Source: Candidatus Omnitrophota bacterium
Lineage (GTDB): Bacteria; Omnitrophota; Gorgyraeia; Duberdicusellales; 4484-171
DNA: 64,000 nucleotides
Reading direction: 5' to 3'
Assembly: GCA_041652815.1 (NCBI GenBank)
Contig: JBAZGN010000003.1
Span: 1,530-65,529 of the forward strand
Part shown: in pieces, positions 10,620-19,111 of the stretch
How positions within the stretch are numbered: position 1 is the first letter of the stretch
Layout: each line of letters begins with the position of its first letter
Made by a program: the position numbers and the translations under genes
The notes under the pieces: model-generated
Seen by the model: the letters and a program-made list of their open reading frames with translations, nothing else
What the model was told of the DNA's origin: nothing
Database searches by the model: none

Positions 10620-11006
10620 CTATTTAAATATAGCGATTATTTTAGGCAGGAAAATTACGCCGCCTACAATTGCCGCACCAAATGAAGATATTAATACCAT
10701 TCCGGCTGAGGTTTCTTTGAGTATTTTTATGTGATGGTCCTTGTATGGCTTGACTATATCCATTATATTTTCAACTACCGCATTAAAAATTTCTGCCACC
10801 AACACTACTGTAATAGTTATCACCAAAACCGCTATTTCAATCAAAGAAGCATTTAAAATAATGGCAAGAAGTATTATTGATACGCCATAGAAGCATACTA
10901 TTTTTACATACCTTTCATTTTTGAATATAATAATTACACCCTTAAATGCACCCATAAAACTTTCCTTCAGGCTATTATGCCGCCACGTTTGTCTAATCAT
11001 ATTTGT
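10620..11006 (-). CDS. dgkA: Diacylglycerol/undecaprenol kinase DgkA family
   Basis: Small three-TM protein with a DgkA-like N-terminal amphipathic helix (SFMGAFKGVIIIFKNERYVKI). The start was trimmed to the MIRQTW ATG, which overlaps the upstream stop. Confidence 0.65.
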   Translation of the reverse strand, partial: TNMIRQTWRHNSLKESFMGAFKGVIIIFKNERYVKIVCFYGVSIILLAIILNASLIEIAVLVITITVVLVAEIFNAVVENIMDIVKPYKDHHIKILKETSAGMVLISSFGAAIVGGVIFLPKIIAIFK

Positions 11007-12394
11007 AAGAGGTATTTTTCTATTTCCATAGAGGAACTTTTCTGTAAAATACTCCACATGTCTTTGTTCTCCATGCAAAGGTAAACAGGGCTTTGCCTGT
11101 CGTAAGCTTTTATCCATTTTACCATATTTTCGTAAATTTTTCTCCTTAAAAATGAAGGATACCTTAATTTTTTATCTTCACCTACAAAAAGCTCTCCGTA
11201 AAAAATATTGCTTTTTGGAAAGCGTAGTTCATTGATTGTTTTAAGGCGCCTGTTGGAACGTAGTGTCCCCAGGCTGATCCAGGCAAAGGGCGGCGTAAGT
11301 TGAGAATACAAGTCGCTGATTGTCTGGGTATAAATCTGCTGCCAGGCGTCACTGTAAAATATAGGGTCAAAATGAAATGCTATATTATAGCCTTTTTGTT
11401 GAATCTTGCGCGCCGCATCCAGCCTTTCCTTTAAACTTGCGGTTGCGATCTCTTCACGTTCGATGATAGATAGGGGATTAAGCGACCATGAAATTACGAT
11501 GTTTTTAGCAGGCGTAATTTTTAAGAGATTCGATATCTTATTGCTTTTAGTTTTTAGTTCAAAAAAAACATTCTTATCTTTAAAATAAGGTATCAATTTT
11601 GTTGAATATTCTGTTATTTCATCCAATGCCAGAGAATCGCAAAACTCACCAGTTCCGATTCTTATCGGTTTTTTTAATTTTTTCTCGAGTGTATCAAATT
11701 CCGTAAAGAAGTCTTCGATGTTAGCCGGAAGGACTATTCCCGGAAAATTAGCATAGCATTGCAGAAAACAATATGAGCAGTCAAACGGGCAACCAAAACC
11801 AAGATTAAGTACCCAGTATCCACAGCTTAAATGAACTTTCGTGCAGGGGCAGGGTTTAAGAAAATCCCATTTTTCCTTGACGAGAAAAACAATCGGTTCT
11901 TTGAGCCTTGAGATATGAAATCTACTGGTATTTAAGTAATCACTGTAAAGATTTATTTCTTCAATCTTAATGTCGGGAAATTTTCTGGAAAAGTTTCTAA
12001 CGAGATAGCTATTCTTTACTTCTTTTTCAACGAAAATTTTGGAAGGTTTAAAATCTTCATGCACGGTATAATTATCTTTAAGGGGCTGTTGTATTTGATT
12101 GAGGAATATTCGTTTGGTATCTATTTTTTCTTTTTCTGCAGTCAAAGGGAACCGGCGCCGGATTAGCGCGTTCTTAAGTGCAAAAAATTTATTTCTGCCG
12201 TTGTATTTTTCGCTGTCAGAATTGGTTTTAAGATAAGAGATTATTCCATCCAATGAACAATTTTCTCGGCGGATAATTTCAAAAATAAGGCGTTCCAAAT
12301 CGCGCAATTGATTTTTATTCGGGCGAAACAGAAAGCTTTTTTCAATTTTTTCTTTTAAACTATCAATCATAGAATTAAGTAGAAAATTTTTCAA
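10997..12394 (-). CDS. SPL/COG1533-family radical SAM protein with ~190-aa N-terminal extension
   Basis: 465 aa. It carries a CPFDCSYC (CX3CX2C) cluster preceded by CGYWVLNLGFG, the signature of the spore-photoproduct-lyase-like radical SAM family. Confidence 0.7.
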   Translation of the reverse strand: MKNFLLNSMIDSLKEKIEKSFLFRPNKNQLRDLERLIFEIIRRENCSLDGIISYLKTNSDSEKYNGRNKFFALKNALIRRRFPLTAEKEKIDTKRIFLNQIQQPLKDNYTVHEDFKPSKIFVEKEVKNSYLVRNFSRKFPDIKIEEINLYSDYLNTSRFHISRLKEPIVFLVKEKWDFLKPCPCTKVHLSCGYWVLNLGFGCPFDCSYCFLQCYANFPGIVLPANIEDFFTEFDTLEKKLKKPIRIGTGEFCDSLALDEITEYSTKLIPYFKDKNVFFELKTKSNKISNLLKITPAKNIVISWSLNPLSIIEREEIATASLKERLDAARKIQQKGYNIAFHFDPIFYSDAWQQIYTQTISDLYSQLTPPFAWISLGTLRSNRRLKTINELRFPKSNIFYGELFVGEDKKLRYPSFLRRKIYENMVKWIKAYDRQSPVYLCMENKDMWSILQKSSSMEIEKYLLQI

Positions 12395-13256
12395 TAAGCG
12401 TTCGATGATACTTTGCTTCTTTGATTTTTCCCCGTTTTAATGCGCCCTTTATGAATATTTCACATTTTTTTCTTAGTTCGCCTGCGGCAATTTTAAAATT
12501 ATCTCCGGAAAGTGTTTTTGTTTCAAGCATTTTCTTAAGGGCGTAAATTCTAAAAGTGTCCATTGCCGGATATTTAAATGATTGCTGGTCGGGGTGCCCG
12601 CCTTCTTTTATTGTAAGGTAGTAGGGGATAAGTAAAACCTTATATTTGTTTGTTACACGAAGCCAAAAATCGTAATCTTCACAAGCCGGCATACTTTCGT
12701 CAAAAAGCCCGACTTCGTTAAAGATATTTTTTTCTATAGCTGCTGTAGATATGCTTATCGAACACATTCTTACCGCATTTTCAAATACCCATCCGGTTGG
12801 TTTTTTATGATAGATTTTCTGGGTAAGTAATGAGCCTTTTCTATACCATATTTCTTCTGTGTGAAATATTTTATATTGTGGGTGGTTTTTTATGTAATCA
12901 TAAGTTACTTTAAGTTTATCTTCTCTAAACCTGTCATCGGTATCTAAAAAACAGATGAATTTACCTTTCGCATTTTTTATTCCTAAATTACGCGCCGCTG
13001 CCGGGCCTTTATTTTCCTGATAAATATACTTTATTTTTTCTCCACGCCCCACGCCTGTCCTTTGTAGCCTTGGCGAAGGAGGATTCCACGCTCCACGCCC
13101 TTCAAGCATCTCCCTGGTTCCATCGCTTGACCCGTCATCTATGACAATAACTTCATAATCGTTGAAAGTTTGCGCAAGAATCGAGGCGAGCGCAATTTTA
13201 AGAAATTGCTTGCGATTGTAAGTGGGTATAATTACGCTAAAAAACGGGTGTTGCAT
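12375..13256 (-). CDS. Family 2 glycosyltransferase
   Basis: SVIIPTYNR..VIVIDDGSSDGT..ENKGPAAARN, a GT-A fold with a DxD motif. It carries a GC-rich in-frame insertion (see findings). Confidence 0.8.
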   Translation of the reverse strand: MQHPFFSVIIPTYNRKQFLKIALASILAQTFNDYEVIVIDDGSSDGTREMLEGRGAWNPPSPRLQRTGVGRGEKIKYIYQENKGPAAARNLGIKNAKGKFICFLDTDDRFREDKLKVTYDYIKNHPQYKIFHTEEIWYRKGSLLTQKIYHKKPTGWVFENAVRMCSISISTAAIEKNIFNEVGLFDESMPACEDYDFWLRVTNKYKVLLIPYYLTIKEGGHPDQQSFKYPAMDTFRIYALKKMLETKTLSGDNFKIAAGELRKKCEIFIKGALKRGKIKEAKYHRTLIEKFST

Positions 13257-13262
13257 CTGAAT

Positions 13263-14114
13263 TTATTTCACTTTATTATTGTAGTCGATTTTTTTATTGT
13301 AAAACATATTGAAGCCAGGAACAAGGCAAAAAAATGAAATATCCGGATAGCTGTTTTTAAGAACAACTAAATCATTTTTCAACTGTTGTGAAAATTCCAG
13401 GTATGCAGCTTCAGTTGCATAAACCGAAGATATTTTTCTTTCTGTTTCTTTCCCGAGGGTTTTTGCAATAATTTTTAAAATTTCCTCGTAATTTCCCATT
13501 CTATGGTGATAAAGCTCTATATCAACTTCTTTTACGCCTGATGGAAGTATTTCTAATAAATCTTTCAAGATGGAAATATGAGGAATAAATGGGCCCACAT
13601 GGATTCTCAAGCCAATATTTCTTTTTATGATTTGCGCAATTGCTTCTAGTCGCTGTTCTTGAGCGGGAGTTTTTCTTTCTAAAAGGCTTATTGGCGCGCT
13701 GTTTAAGGTAAAATAAATTTTATTTTTTGCATTTTCAGCAATAAGCGAAAGGTAATTTTTTATTAAATTAGATTTGGTTAAAATGGTATAAGGAACTTTA
13801 AATTCATTAAGTGTTTTTAATATTTTTTCAGTAAGGTGGTATTTTGTTTCCACGTATTGGAAACATTCGGTGGTAGAGCCAAGAAGCACCCGTTTTGGAT
13901 TGATAAATTTAAGTTGGCGCCTCAAAATTTCGTCAATGTTAATTTTTACGCCAATTTCACGGAAGGGGTTAATGTTTTTAATATTTTTATTTTCCATGGA
14001 ATAACAATAAAGGCAGCCGAATTCGCAGCCGCGATAAGGATTGAGGCAGTAATCAGCAAGAGTTATTTGAGTAGGGGAAAGAGCTTTTTGGGTGGTTATA
14101 AGTTTAATATTCAT
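13263..14114 (-). CDS. SPL/COG1533-family radical SAM protein (paralog 2)
   Basis: NPYRGCEFGCLYCY cluster. The start is set at the MNIKLI ATG at 14114; the ORF extends to a TTG at 14147. Confidence 0.7.
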   Translation of the reverse strand: MNIKLITTQKALSPTQITLADYCLNPYRGCEFGCLYCYSMENKNIKNINPFREIGVKINIDEILRRQLKFINPKRVLLGSTTECFQYVETKYHLTEKILKTLNEFKVPYTILTKSNLIKNYLSLIAENAKNKIYFTLNSAPISLLERKTPAQEQRLEAIAQIIKRNIGLRIHVGPFIPHISILKDLLEILPSGVKEVDIELYHHRMGNYEEILKIIAKTLGKETERKISSVYATEAAYLEFSQQLKNDLVVLKNSYPDISFFCLVPGFNMFYNKKIDYNNKVK

Positions 14115-14191
14115 TAAAGTATCACGTAACACGTAGCCTCGCCACAATATAAAAATATTCAGGCGAGTCCACTTGGAGTGAAGGTAACGCG

Positions 14192-15442
14192 TTAATATAC
14201 AAGATTATTAATAAAATTTTTAGTATATTTGATTTTTTCTGCCTCAATAGCGCGTAAAAATAATTTAATTCGTTCATTTGACGATACGTCGGGGAAAGTT
14301 CCATCCGGAAAATTACCCATATAATCGACAAAAGGGTTAGCTTGGGCAATTTTAGGAATAATTTTTTTGTTTTGTATAATAAAATCAAGAGTTTCTTTAA
14401 AATCAGTTTCGCTTTCGCCGGGATAACCGAATATAAGGCTTACTTCGAATTGCAAATCTGACTCCGATAGCGTTTTGAAAAAACTCAATGCCGCCTTAGG
14501 GCTAAAGCCTTTGTTCATATTTTTTAGCGTATTAGCAGAAGCGCTCTCTAGTCCGACAAAAAGATTGTAACAGCCGCTATTTTTCATCAATTTGCCAAGA
14601 TTTTTGTCGAATTTTTCATCTACCCGCATTTGGGCCTCCCATTTTATCTTCAGCTTGCTTTTCAATAAACCCAAACAAAATTCTTCGAGCCATTGATTGC
14701 TGTAATTTATCAAAGAATCGCAAAAAACAAAAGTATTTATTTTGTGTTTTTCAGTTAGGCATTTTATCAAATCACAGATATACCTTGGGCTATGCTGCCT
14801 GAATTTTTTATACAATTTCCTTTCTGAACAAAAATTGCAGCTGAACCTACAGCCTCGCGAACTTAACAGGGGGATAGCGTTTGAATAACTTTTCATATCA
14901 AGACAGCTAAAATCAAGAAAAGAAAGCTTATCAAGGTTTTCTATCTCTTCAAAATGCTGAATCCTTTCAGAAGTACCGTTAAGTATTTTAAGTGTTGCAT
15001 ATTCACCTTCGCCGATTATCCAGAACGACTGATTATCCAGCTTATTTTTGTGTTCCAGAAAAAGAGTATGCGGGCCACCAAAGATTATTTTTTTTAAAGG
15101 AAACATTTCTCTGATTTTCTGCGCGAGCGCAAACGAAAAACTGCTGTTTCTTTTTAAGAGAGAAAAACCTATATATTCATAATCCTTGATATCTTCATAT
15201 AAGGCATTGAAGAAAGAGGGGAAATGTTCAATCTGAGTGAATAAATTTTCTTCGAAACTTTCGTTTAGGCTTAGCCACTCTTTAGGCGATAATTTTAGTA
15301 ATCTGAAAAATTCAACATTTAAATCCCGCACCTTAACCGAAATTCCATTATTTTTAAGATAATTCTCCAGATAGACAAGCGAAAGCGGGGCAATCTTAAG
15401 CCATGACGGCGGGCATTGAATTATATAGACACTTTTTTTCAT
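14192..15442 (-). CDS. B12-binding domain radical SAM protein
   Basis: N-terminal cobalamin-binding-like domain followed by a SSRGCRFSCNFCSE radical SAM cluster. The start was trimmed to the MKKSVYI ATG at 15442. Confidence 0.75.
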   Translation of the reverse strand: MKKSVYIIQCPPSWLKIAPLSLVYLENYLKNNGISVKVRDLNVEFFRLLKLSPKEWLSLNESFEENLFTQIEHFPSFFNALYEDIKDYEYIGFSLLKRNSSFSFALAQKIREMFPLKKIIFGGPHTLFLEHKNKLDNQSFWIIGEGEYATLKILNGTSERIQHFEEIENLDKLSFLDFSCLDMKSYSNAIPLLSSRGCRFSCNFCSERKLYKKFRQHSPRYICDLIKCLTEKHKINTFVFCDSLINYSNQWLEEFCLGLLKSKLKIKWEAQMRVDEKFDKNLGKLMKNSGCYNLFVGLESASANTLKNMNKGFSPKAALSFFKTLSESDLQFEVSLIFGYPGESETDFKETLDFIIQNKKIIPKIAQANPFVDYMGNFPDGTFPDVSSNERIKLFLRAIEAEKIKYTKNFINNLVY

Positions 15443-15635
15443 TATATTATAATTATAGCACAAATGTTTTATAAAATAACCAATAACCAAGGTACAATAA
15501 CCAAATAAATTATAATTCTCAATAACCAATAATCAAAAAATTAAATTTTTTCGTTTGATCATTGGGATTTGATTATTGGTCATTATTTGGTTATTGGAAA
15601 TTGGAACTTGGTTATTCAATAGTCTAGGTAGCAAT
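15443..15635. promoter_or_regulatory. Divergent promoter region with a symmetric array of AATAACCAA / TTGGTTATT motifs
   Basis: At least five direct AATAACCAA-like repeats followed by three or four inverted TTGGTTATT copies. The shared core ACCAATAATCAAA / TTTGATTATTGGT flanks an A/T-rich centre. Confidence 0.5.
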
Positions 15636-16757
15636 ATGACTTCACTATACATTCACATTCCGTTTTGCGCTAAAAAATGCCTATATTGCGATTTCTATAG
15701 CATCGGTTACGAAAAAGAATTAGCACAGGCTTACATTAAAACTATTAGCAGGCAAATTAAGCTTTTAAATGAAAAATTCTATACTATTTATATAGGCGGG
15801 GGAACACCAACCAGCCTGGATATCCCATTGCTTCATGAGTTGCTTAAAGCGTTAAGCAGCATTTCAAAAAAGTGCAACGAGTTTACAATAGAAGCAAACC
15901 CTGAAACTCTGTCACAGGAAAAGATAAAACTTTTACGAGGAAGCGGCGTAAATCGTATAAGCATAGGCGTCCAATCCCTAAACGATAAAAAACTAAAAGC
16001 TCTTGGTAGAATTCACAACTCCGGCCGCGCCCTTGAATCTATTCGTCTTGCAGAAAAAAACGGGTTTAGTAACATAAACATTGATTTAATTTTTGGTGTT
16101 TGGAGCGAAACAGTAGCCGATTGGCGAGATGAACTTAGAGCGGCGGTCAAACTGCCGGTTAAGCATATTTCATGTTATTCATTAACCTATGAACGCCATA
16201 CTCAGCTCTTTAAAAATGTAAAAAACAAAGTTGTCGTTCCGTTACCCGATAGTATCTGCGCCAGAATGTATAAATTAACTATGGATTATCTGCCTAAGCA
16301 AAAATTCCGGCAGTACGAAATATCAAATTTTGCCAAAAGAGGCTTTGAATGCAAGCATAATCTGAATTATTGGGAGAATAATTCCTATATGGGAGTAGGT
16401 GTGTCTGCGGTATCCTTTATAAATGGGGTTAGAGAAAAAAACATTTCTGGAATCAAGGAGTATATACGAAAGATGCAAAAAGGAAAATCTGTAGTTTGTT
16501 CGACAGAAAAACTATCTGCAAAGAAAGCTGCGCTCGAAACAGCAGCAATAAAAATACGCACCATAGACGGTATTGATTTTGGCTGGTTTAGAAAAAGAAC
16601 CGGTTTTGATTTTATGGCTCTGGAAAAGGGCGCTATAAAAATGCTTGTTAAAGAAAAACTTTTAAAATACCGCATTACCAATAAACAACCAAAGGCTGTT
16701 AGCGTAACTGAGAAAGGGCTTCTATTTTGCGACTCCATTTCGTCTCAGTTATTATAA
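15636..16757 (+). CDS. hemW: Radical SAM heme chaperone HemW (HemN-like, oxygen-independent coproporphyrinogen oxidase family)
   Basis: HIPFCAKKCLYCDF cluster plus a HemN C-terminal domain. The start was trimmed to the MTSLYI ATG at 15636, because the upstream ORF extension only translates the repeat array. Confidence 0.8.
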   Translation: MTSLYIHIPFCAKKCLYCDFYSIGYEKELAQAYIKTISRQIKLLNEKFYTIYIGGGTPTSLDIPLLHELLKALSSISKKCNEFTIEANPETLSQEKIKLLRGSGVNRISIGVQSLNDKKLKALGRIHNSGRALESIRLAEKNGFSNINIDLIFGVWSETVADWRDELRAAVKLPVKHISCYSLTYERHTQLFKNVKNKVVVPLPDSICARMYKLTMDYLPKQKFRQYEISNFAKRGFECKHNLNYWENNSYMGVGVSAVSFINGVREKNISGIKEYIRKMQKGKSVVCSTEKLSAKKAALETAAIKIRTIDGIDFGWFRKRTGFDFMALEKGAIKMLVKEKLLKYRITNKQPKAVSVTEKGLLFCDSISSQLL

Positions 16758-16885
16758 TTTTTCTACACAGATTAGCACGGGCAGAAAATTATAGGTGGCT
16801 GACAAATCTGTAATCATCTGCGGTTAAAAAGTGTTGCAGATTGCTTGAGTATACGTATAATACATATAGTAAAGGGGGTATATGT

Positions 16886-17290
16886 ATGTGCAAAAATATA
16901 ATATTAGTAACACTTACTTTTTTATGTATTTTCCCTTCCTATGCGGCTTTAAAAAAAGAATTATCAAAGTATGAAATCGTAGAAGCAGCGACTAAAGCAT
17001 TGAATAAAGACGGATTTGATCTTTATAGAGTTGAAATAATTTACGATCAAAATAATAAAATGTGGCGCGAAAAAGTGAACAAGATGGCAGATTTGCAAAA
17101 TTCGCCTAATTTTAAGCTTTTCGAAAGGGGTTTTATGAAAAATTACCGGGCTGTACTTTTTAATTTTAAAAATCCTCCCGGAGAAGTTTGGGTTTTTGTC
17201 GATAAGGATACAGGCGAAGTGCTTGAAATATACAGGCCAGAATTTGGAGTAGAAAAGAAAAATAAAGGGTTATCGCCGGTTTTCTATTAA
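16886..17290 (+). CDS. Small secreted PepSY-like protein
   Basis: Signal peptide MCKNIILVTLTFLCIFPSYA, with RBS AAAGGGGG 7 nt upstream. It ends in a PepSY-like segment (VWVFVDKDTGEVLEI). Confidence 0.45.
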   Translation: MCKNIILVTLTFLCIFPSYAALKKELSKYEIVEAATKALNKDGFDLYRVEIIYDQNNKMWREKVNKMADLQNSPNFKLFERGFMKNYRAVLFNFKNPPGEVWVFVDKDTGEVLEIYRPEFGVEKKNKGLSPVFY

Positions 17291-17381
17291 AGATCAAGAA
17301 ATCATTATAAAGAAACCACGGCCTTGCCGAAGGCGTGCCCGTAGAAGTTAATTTTTTTTCGCCAAGAGCGGATAAATAATT

Positions 17382-17495
17382 TACCCCTTGCACCCATATA
17401 TCTGGAAATTTTCCTGGTCGCAAAGCGAGCGTGAAAATTTCCAGAAGTGCTGCGGGGTTAGTTATCCGCCTACGGCGGAGAACTAAGGAGGCAAT
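17382..17495 (+). promoter_or_regulatory. Conserved leader element, copy A (IR CTGGAAATTTTC-N19-GAAAATTTCCAG, CGGGGTTA box, hairpin, AAGGAGG)
   Basis: It is homologous to 35179-35299, which lies upstream of the pyrophosphatase gene. Confidence 0.55.
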
Positions 17496-17999
17496 ATGGA
17501 TATTTCCCGCTTGAGAAACTTAATCGTAGAATATAAAAAGGCCCAAAAGAAACTGGACGAAATAAAAGGCGAATATGAGAGAACGAAGACTTCTTATGAA
17601 CTAAGAATAGATTTGGAGAAAGAACTGGAAGATGAAATAAGGATGGCAAAGGAAGGCAATAAAGAAGATCTTATCCGCTATTGGCAGGATATTTTAAAGG
17701 AGCTTTTTCCAAACGATAAAGACCTGGCAGACAAGGGCGTTTACGAAAAATGTGAAAAAGAAATTTTGGTAAAAAACCAAAAATTAATATCTTATTACGA
17801 GAAAAAATTAAAAACCATTAAAAAGCATTTAGGCGCAAGATTATCGCAGTTGCTTGAAAATTACGAGGAGAGAAATACTTTAATGGGTGAAGATTCTTCA
17901 TCGAAACGTGCATCTCATACAATTTTCGAAGATGACGAAAAGGAATTGGAGAGAAAAGAGAAAGAACGTAAAACAAGCACGACATTCGATAAAATGTAA
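17496..17999 (+). CDS. Hypothetical acidic coiled-coil protein
   Basis: 167 aa, K/E-rich, with no recognisable domain. It is preceded by a strong RBS and leader element A. Confidence 0.5.
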   Translation: MDISRLRNLIVEYKKAQKKLDEIKGEYERTKTSYELRIDLEKELEDEIRMAKEGNKEDLIRYWQDILKELFPNDKDLADKGVYEKCEKEILVKNQKLISYYEKKLKTIKKHLGARLSQLLENYEERNTLMGEDSSSKRASHTIFEDDEKELERKEKERKTSTTFDKM

Positions 18000-18090
18000 C
18001 CAAACTAAACAGAATATTTGCTTATTATGGCCGGTAGCTAGCAATCTTATAGCTGCGCGTTTTATAAAATCCTTCCTTATTTAAATTACT

Positions 18091-19011
18091 ATGATAGCCA
18101 TCTCTACAACCTGGAATTATTCTGAAGGATGCAACTTACCTGACATGCTGACAGGAATAAGCAAGCTTGGCATAAAATCAATTGAACTGGGTTATAATTT
18201 TACCGCCAGTCGTTTAAATAAAATTGCTTCACTTCTTGCTGATTTCAATATAAATGTCATCAGTGTGCATAATTTTTGCCCTTTACCGCCACAGAATATT
18301 TTCCACCGCTTTTTTACCAACTATTACTTTCTTTCATCTCTTACGGAAAATGAGAGAGAGTGCGCCGTCAAATACACAAAACAAACAATCAATACCGCGG
18401 AAAATCTGAATGCAAAAATTGTAGTAATACATGCTGGAACAATTGAGATGGATACTGAATACATAAAAGCCCTTATTAATTTGTATAACCTAGGGAAAAT
18501 ACATTCTGAAGAAGCGAATAGTTTACGAGAAAAAATATTACAGCTGCGTGAAGAAAAAAAAGAGCCGTATCTTCGTGCTACCCTGAAAAGTTTAGATGAA
18601 ATAACCGAATACGCACTTAAAAAGGGCATAAAAATAGGCCTTGAAAACCGTTATTACCCTAATGAAATACCAAACAACGAAGAAGCAGCCTTTTTCTTAA
18701 AAGAATTAAATAGCAAAGGGCTTGTCTATTGGCACGATGTAGGCCACGCCCAGGCACAGGAACGTTTAAGCATTATAAAGAAAGATAGTTTGCTGGATAG
18801 CCTTAATGGTTACTTATTCGGATTTCATCTCCACGGCATAAACGGGCTTAAGGATCATATTTCTCCTTTAAGCGGAGATTTTGACTTTTCGCAAATTTCT
18901 ACGTATCTTACGCGGGCTAATCTGTTAAAAGTAATAGAGGCACATCAGCCGGCAAGCAGCGATGAATTAAAAGAAACACTACGGTATTTTGCCTCTTGTG
19001 GTTGGCTTTAA
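18091..19011 (+). CDS. Sugar phosphate isomerase/epimerase (xylose-isomerase-like TIM barrel) family protein
   Basis: 306 aa with conserved E/H/D positions of the TIM-barrel AP-endonuclease-2/isomerase family. The family assignment is approximate. Confidence 0.5.
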   Translation: MIAISTTWNYSEGCNLPDMLTGISKLGIKSIELGYNFTASRLNKIASLLADFNINVISVHNFCPLPPQNIFHRFFTNYYFLSSLTENERECAVKYTKQTINTAENLNAKIVVIHAGTIEMDTEYIKALINLYNLGKIHSEEANSLREKILQLREEKKEPYLRATLKSLDEITEYALKKGIKIGLENRYYPNEIPNNEEAAFFLKELNSKGLVYWHDVGHAQAQERLSIIKKDSLLDSLNGYLFGFHLHGINGLKDHISPLSGDFDFSQISTYLTRANLLKVIEAHQPASSDELKETLRYFASCGWL

Positions 19012-19053
19012 AACAGTAGATTTTTTCCGTTTGCATGATATAATTAACCCTTA

Positions 19054-19080
19054 AAAAGGGTTTTTATACAAGGGCCATTG
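19054..19080 (+). terminator. Rho-independent terminator
   Basis: AACCCTT-AAAA-AGGGTT followed by TTTAT. Confidence 0.5.
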
Positions 19081-19111
19081 AAGCCCGAAGGGCTGAAGGA
19101 TCTATATAACA

